From Chiloscyllium plagiosum (Eukaryota): 64,000 bases of DNA. The position numbers and the translations under genes are program-made. A model generated the notes under the pieces. That model saw only the letters and a program-made list of their open reading frames with translations. It had not been told where the DNA came from and searched no databases. Position 1 is the stretch's first letter. Every line of letters begins with the position of its first letter. This document shows positions 63,460 through 64,000 of this stretch, piece by piece. The DNA is taken from the NCBI RefSeq assembly GCF_004010195.1, contig NC_057755.1, positions 11,470,441 to 11,534,440 on the forward strand, in the 5' to 3' direction.

Positions 63460-64000
63460 GCCTGGAAGACAGTGGAAAAGAGGAGGATGAGGGGAAACAG
63501 AGGGAGTTACAGTGATTTAGCGTGCTGTAGGGGATAGAAAGACCTGCAGTTCCTAAAACAGATTACTTCATGATTCAGGAAAAGTTGCAGGCACTGAAGC
63601 AGAGGAAGGAAATAGACAGATGGTGGCTTGTTGGTGACGGAGCTTTGTTGAGTCGAAAGGGTTTTTTTGTGAGTTGATTTCAAAGAAATGAAGATTTCAA
63701 TAAATACAAAATGACAGTGAAGAATCTTGCAGGTCCTGGAGACTGTTGGGTGTTACAGTGTTAGAAGACTTGCAATAACTGAGGGGTACGGAGATTTTTC
63801 GAGCACAGCTTGTGTGCAAGAGCACTCACGACATGAGCAGTTACTGAGAATGGGAACACTCCAAAATAGTGGGATTGTAGGTGATTGGCGAGGAGAGATG
63901 GATGTGGAGGGTGAAGATGCCAGTTTAGGAAATCTAGCCATTGTAAATCACAGAGATTTAAGGAGGGGAACCTGTGCTGGAATTGTGATATGGATTGTGT
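63460..64000 (-). mobile_element. Probable old LINE (L2-like) remnant
   Basis: Purine-rich plus strand of the kind seen in antisense L2 fragments; no diagnostic peptide recovered. Confidence 0.3.

Overview
Eukaryotic, repeat-saturated DNA. The HE1-type V-SINEs, CR1 LINEs and Penelope-derived repeats point to a shark or ray genome (inference from repeat families). No intact host protein-coding gene, rRNA, tRNA gene or CRISPR array is supported. Bases 1-29,700 are a nested pile of transposon remnants: a young minus-strand CR1 5' half (zinc-finger/SGNH ORF1 plus APE endonuclease), older CR1 and other LINE fragments, a Gypsy-type gag+LTR remnant, Penelope GIY-YIG fragments, HE1 SINEs and many short Penelope-derived insertions. 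These insertions are often palindromic, carry a minimal hammerhead-ribozyme core and are flanked by 9-15 bp target-site duplications. Bases ~29,740-63,450 are one ~33.7 kb diverged satellite of a 69-bp monomer (roughly 460-480 units). It has ordered monomer subtypes, a ~2.4-2.5 kb higher-order repeat, an internal ~0.7 kb inversion and several younger insertions. The most unusual observation is that the monomer parses as polypyrimidine-CAG acceptor / 24-nt frame-preserving micro-exon / CAG|GTAYGT donor / 45-nt spacer. Whether any of it is spliced cannot be determined from sequence alone. All alignments, counts and coordinates were read by eye, and the boundaries of old elements are approximate.
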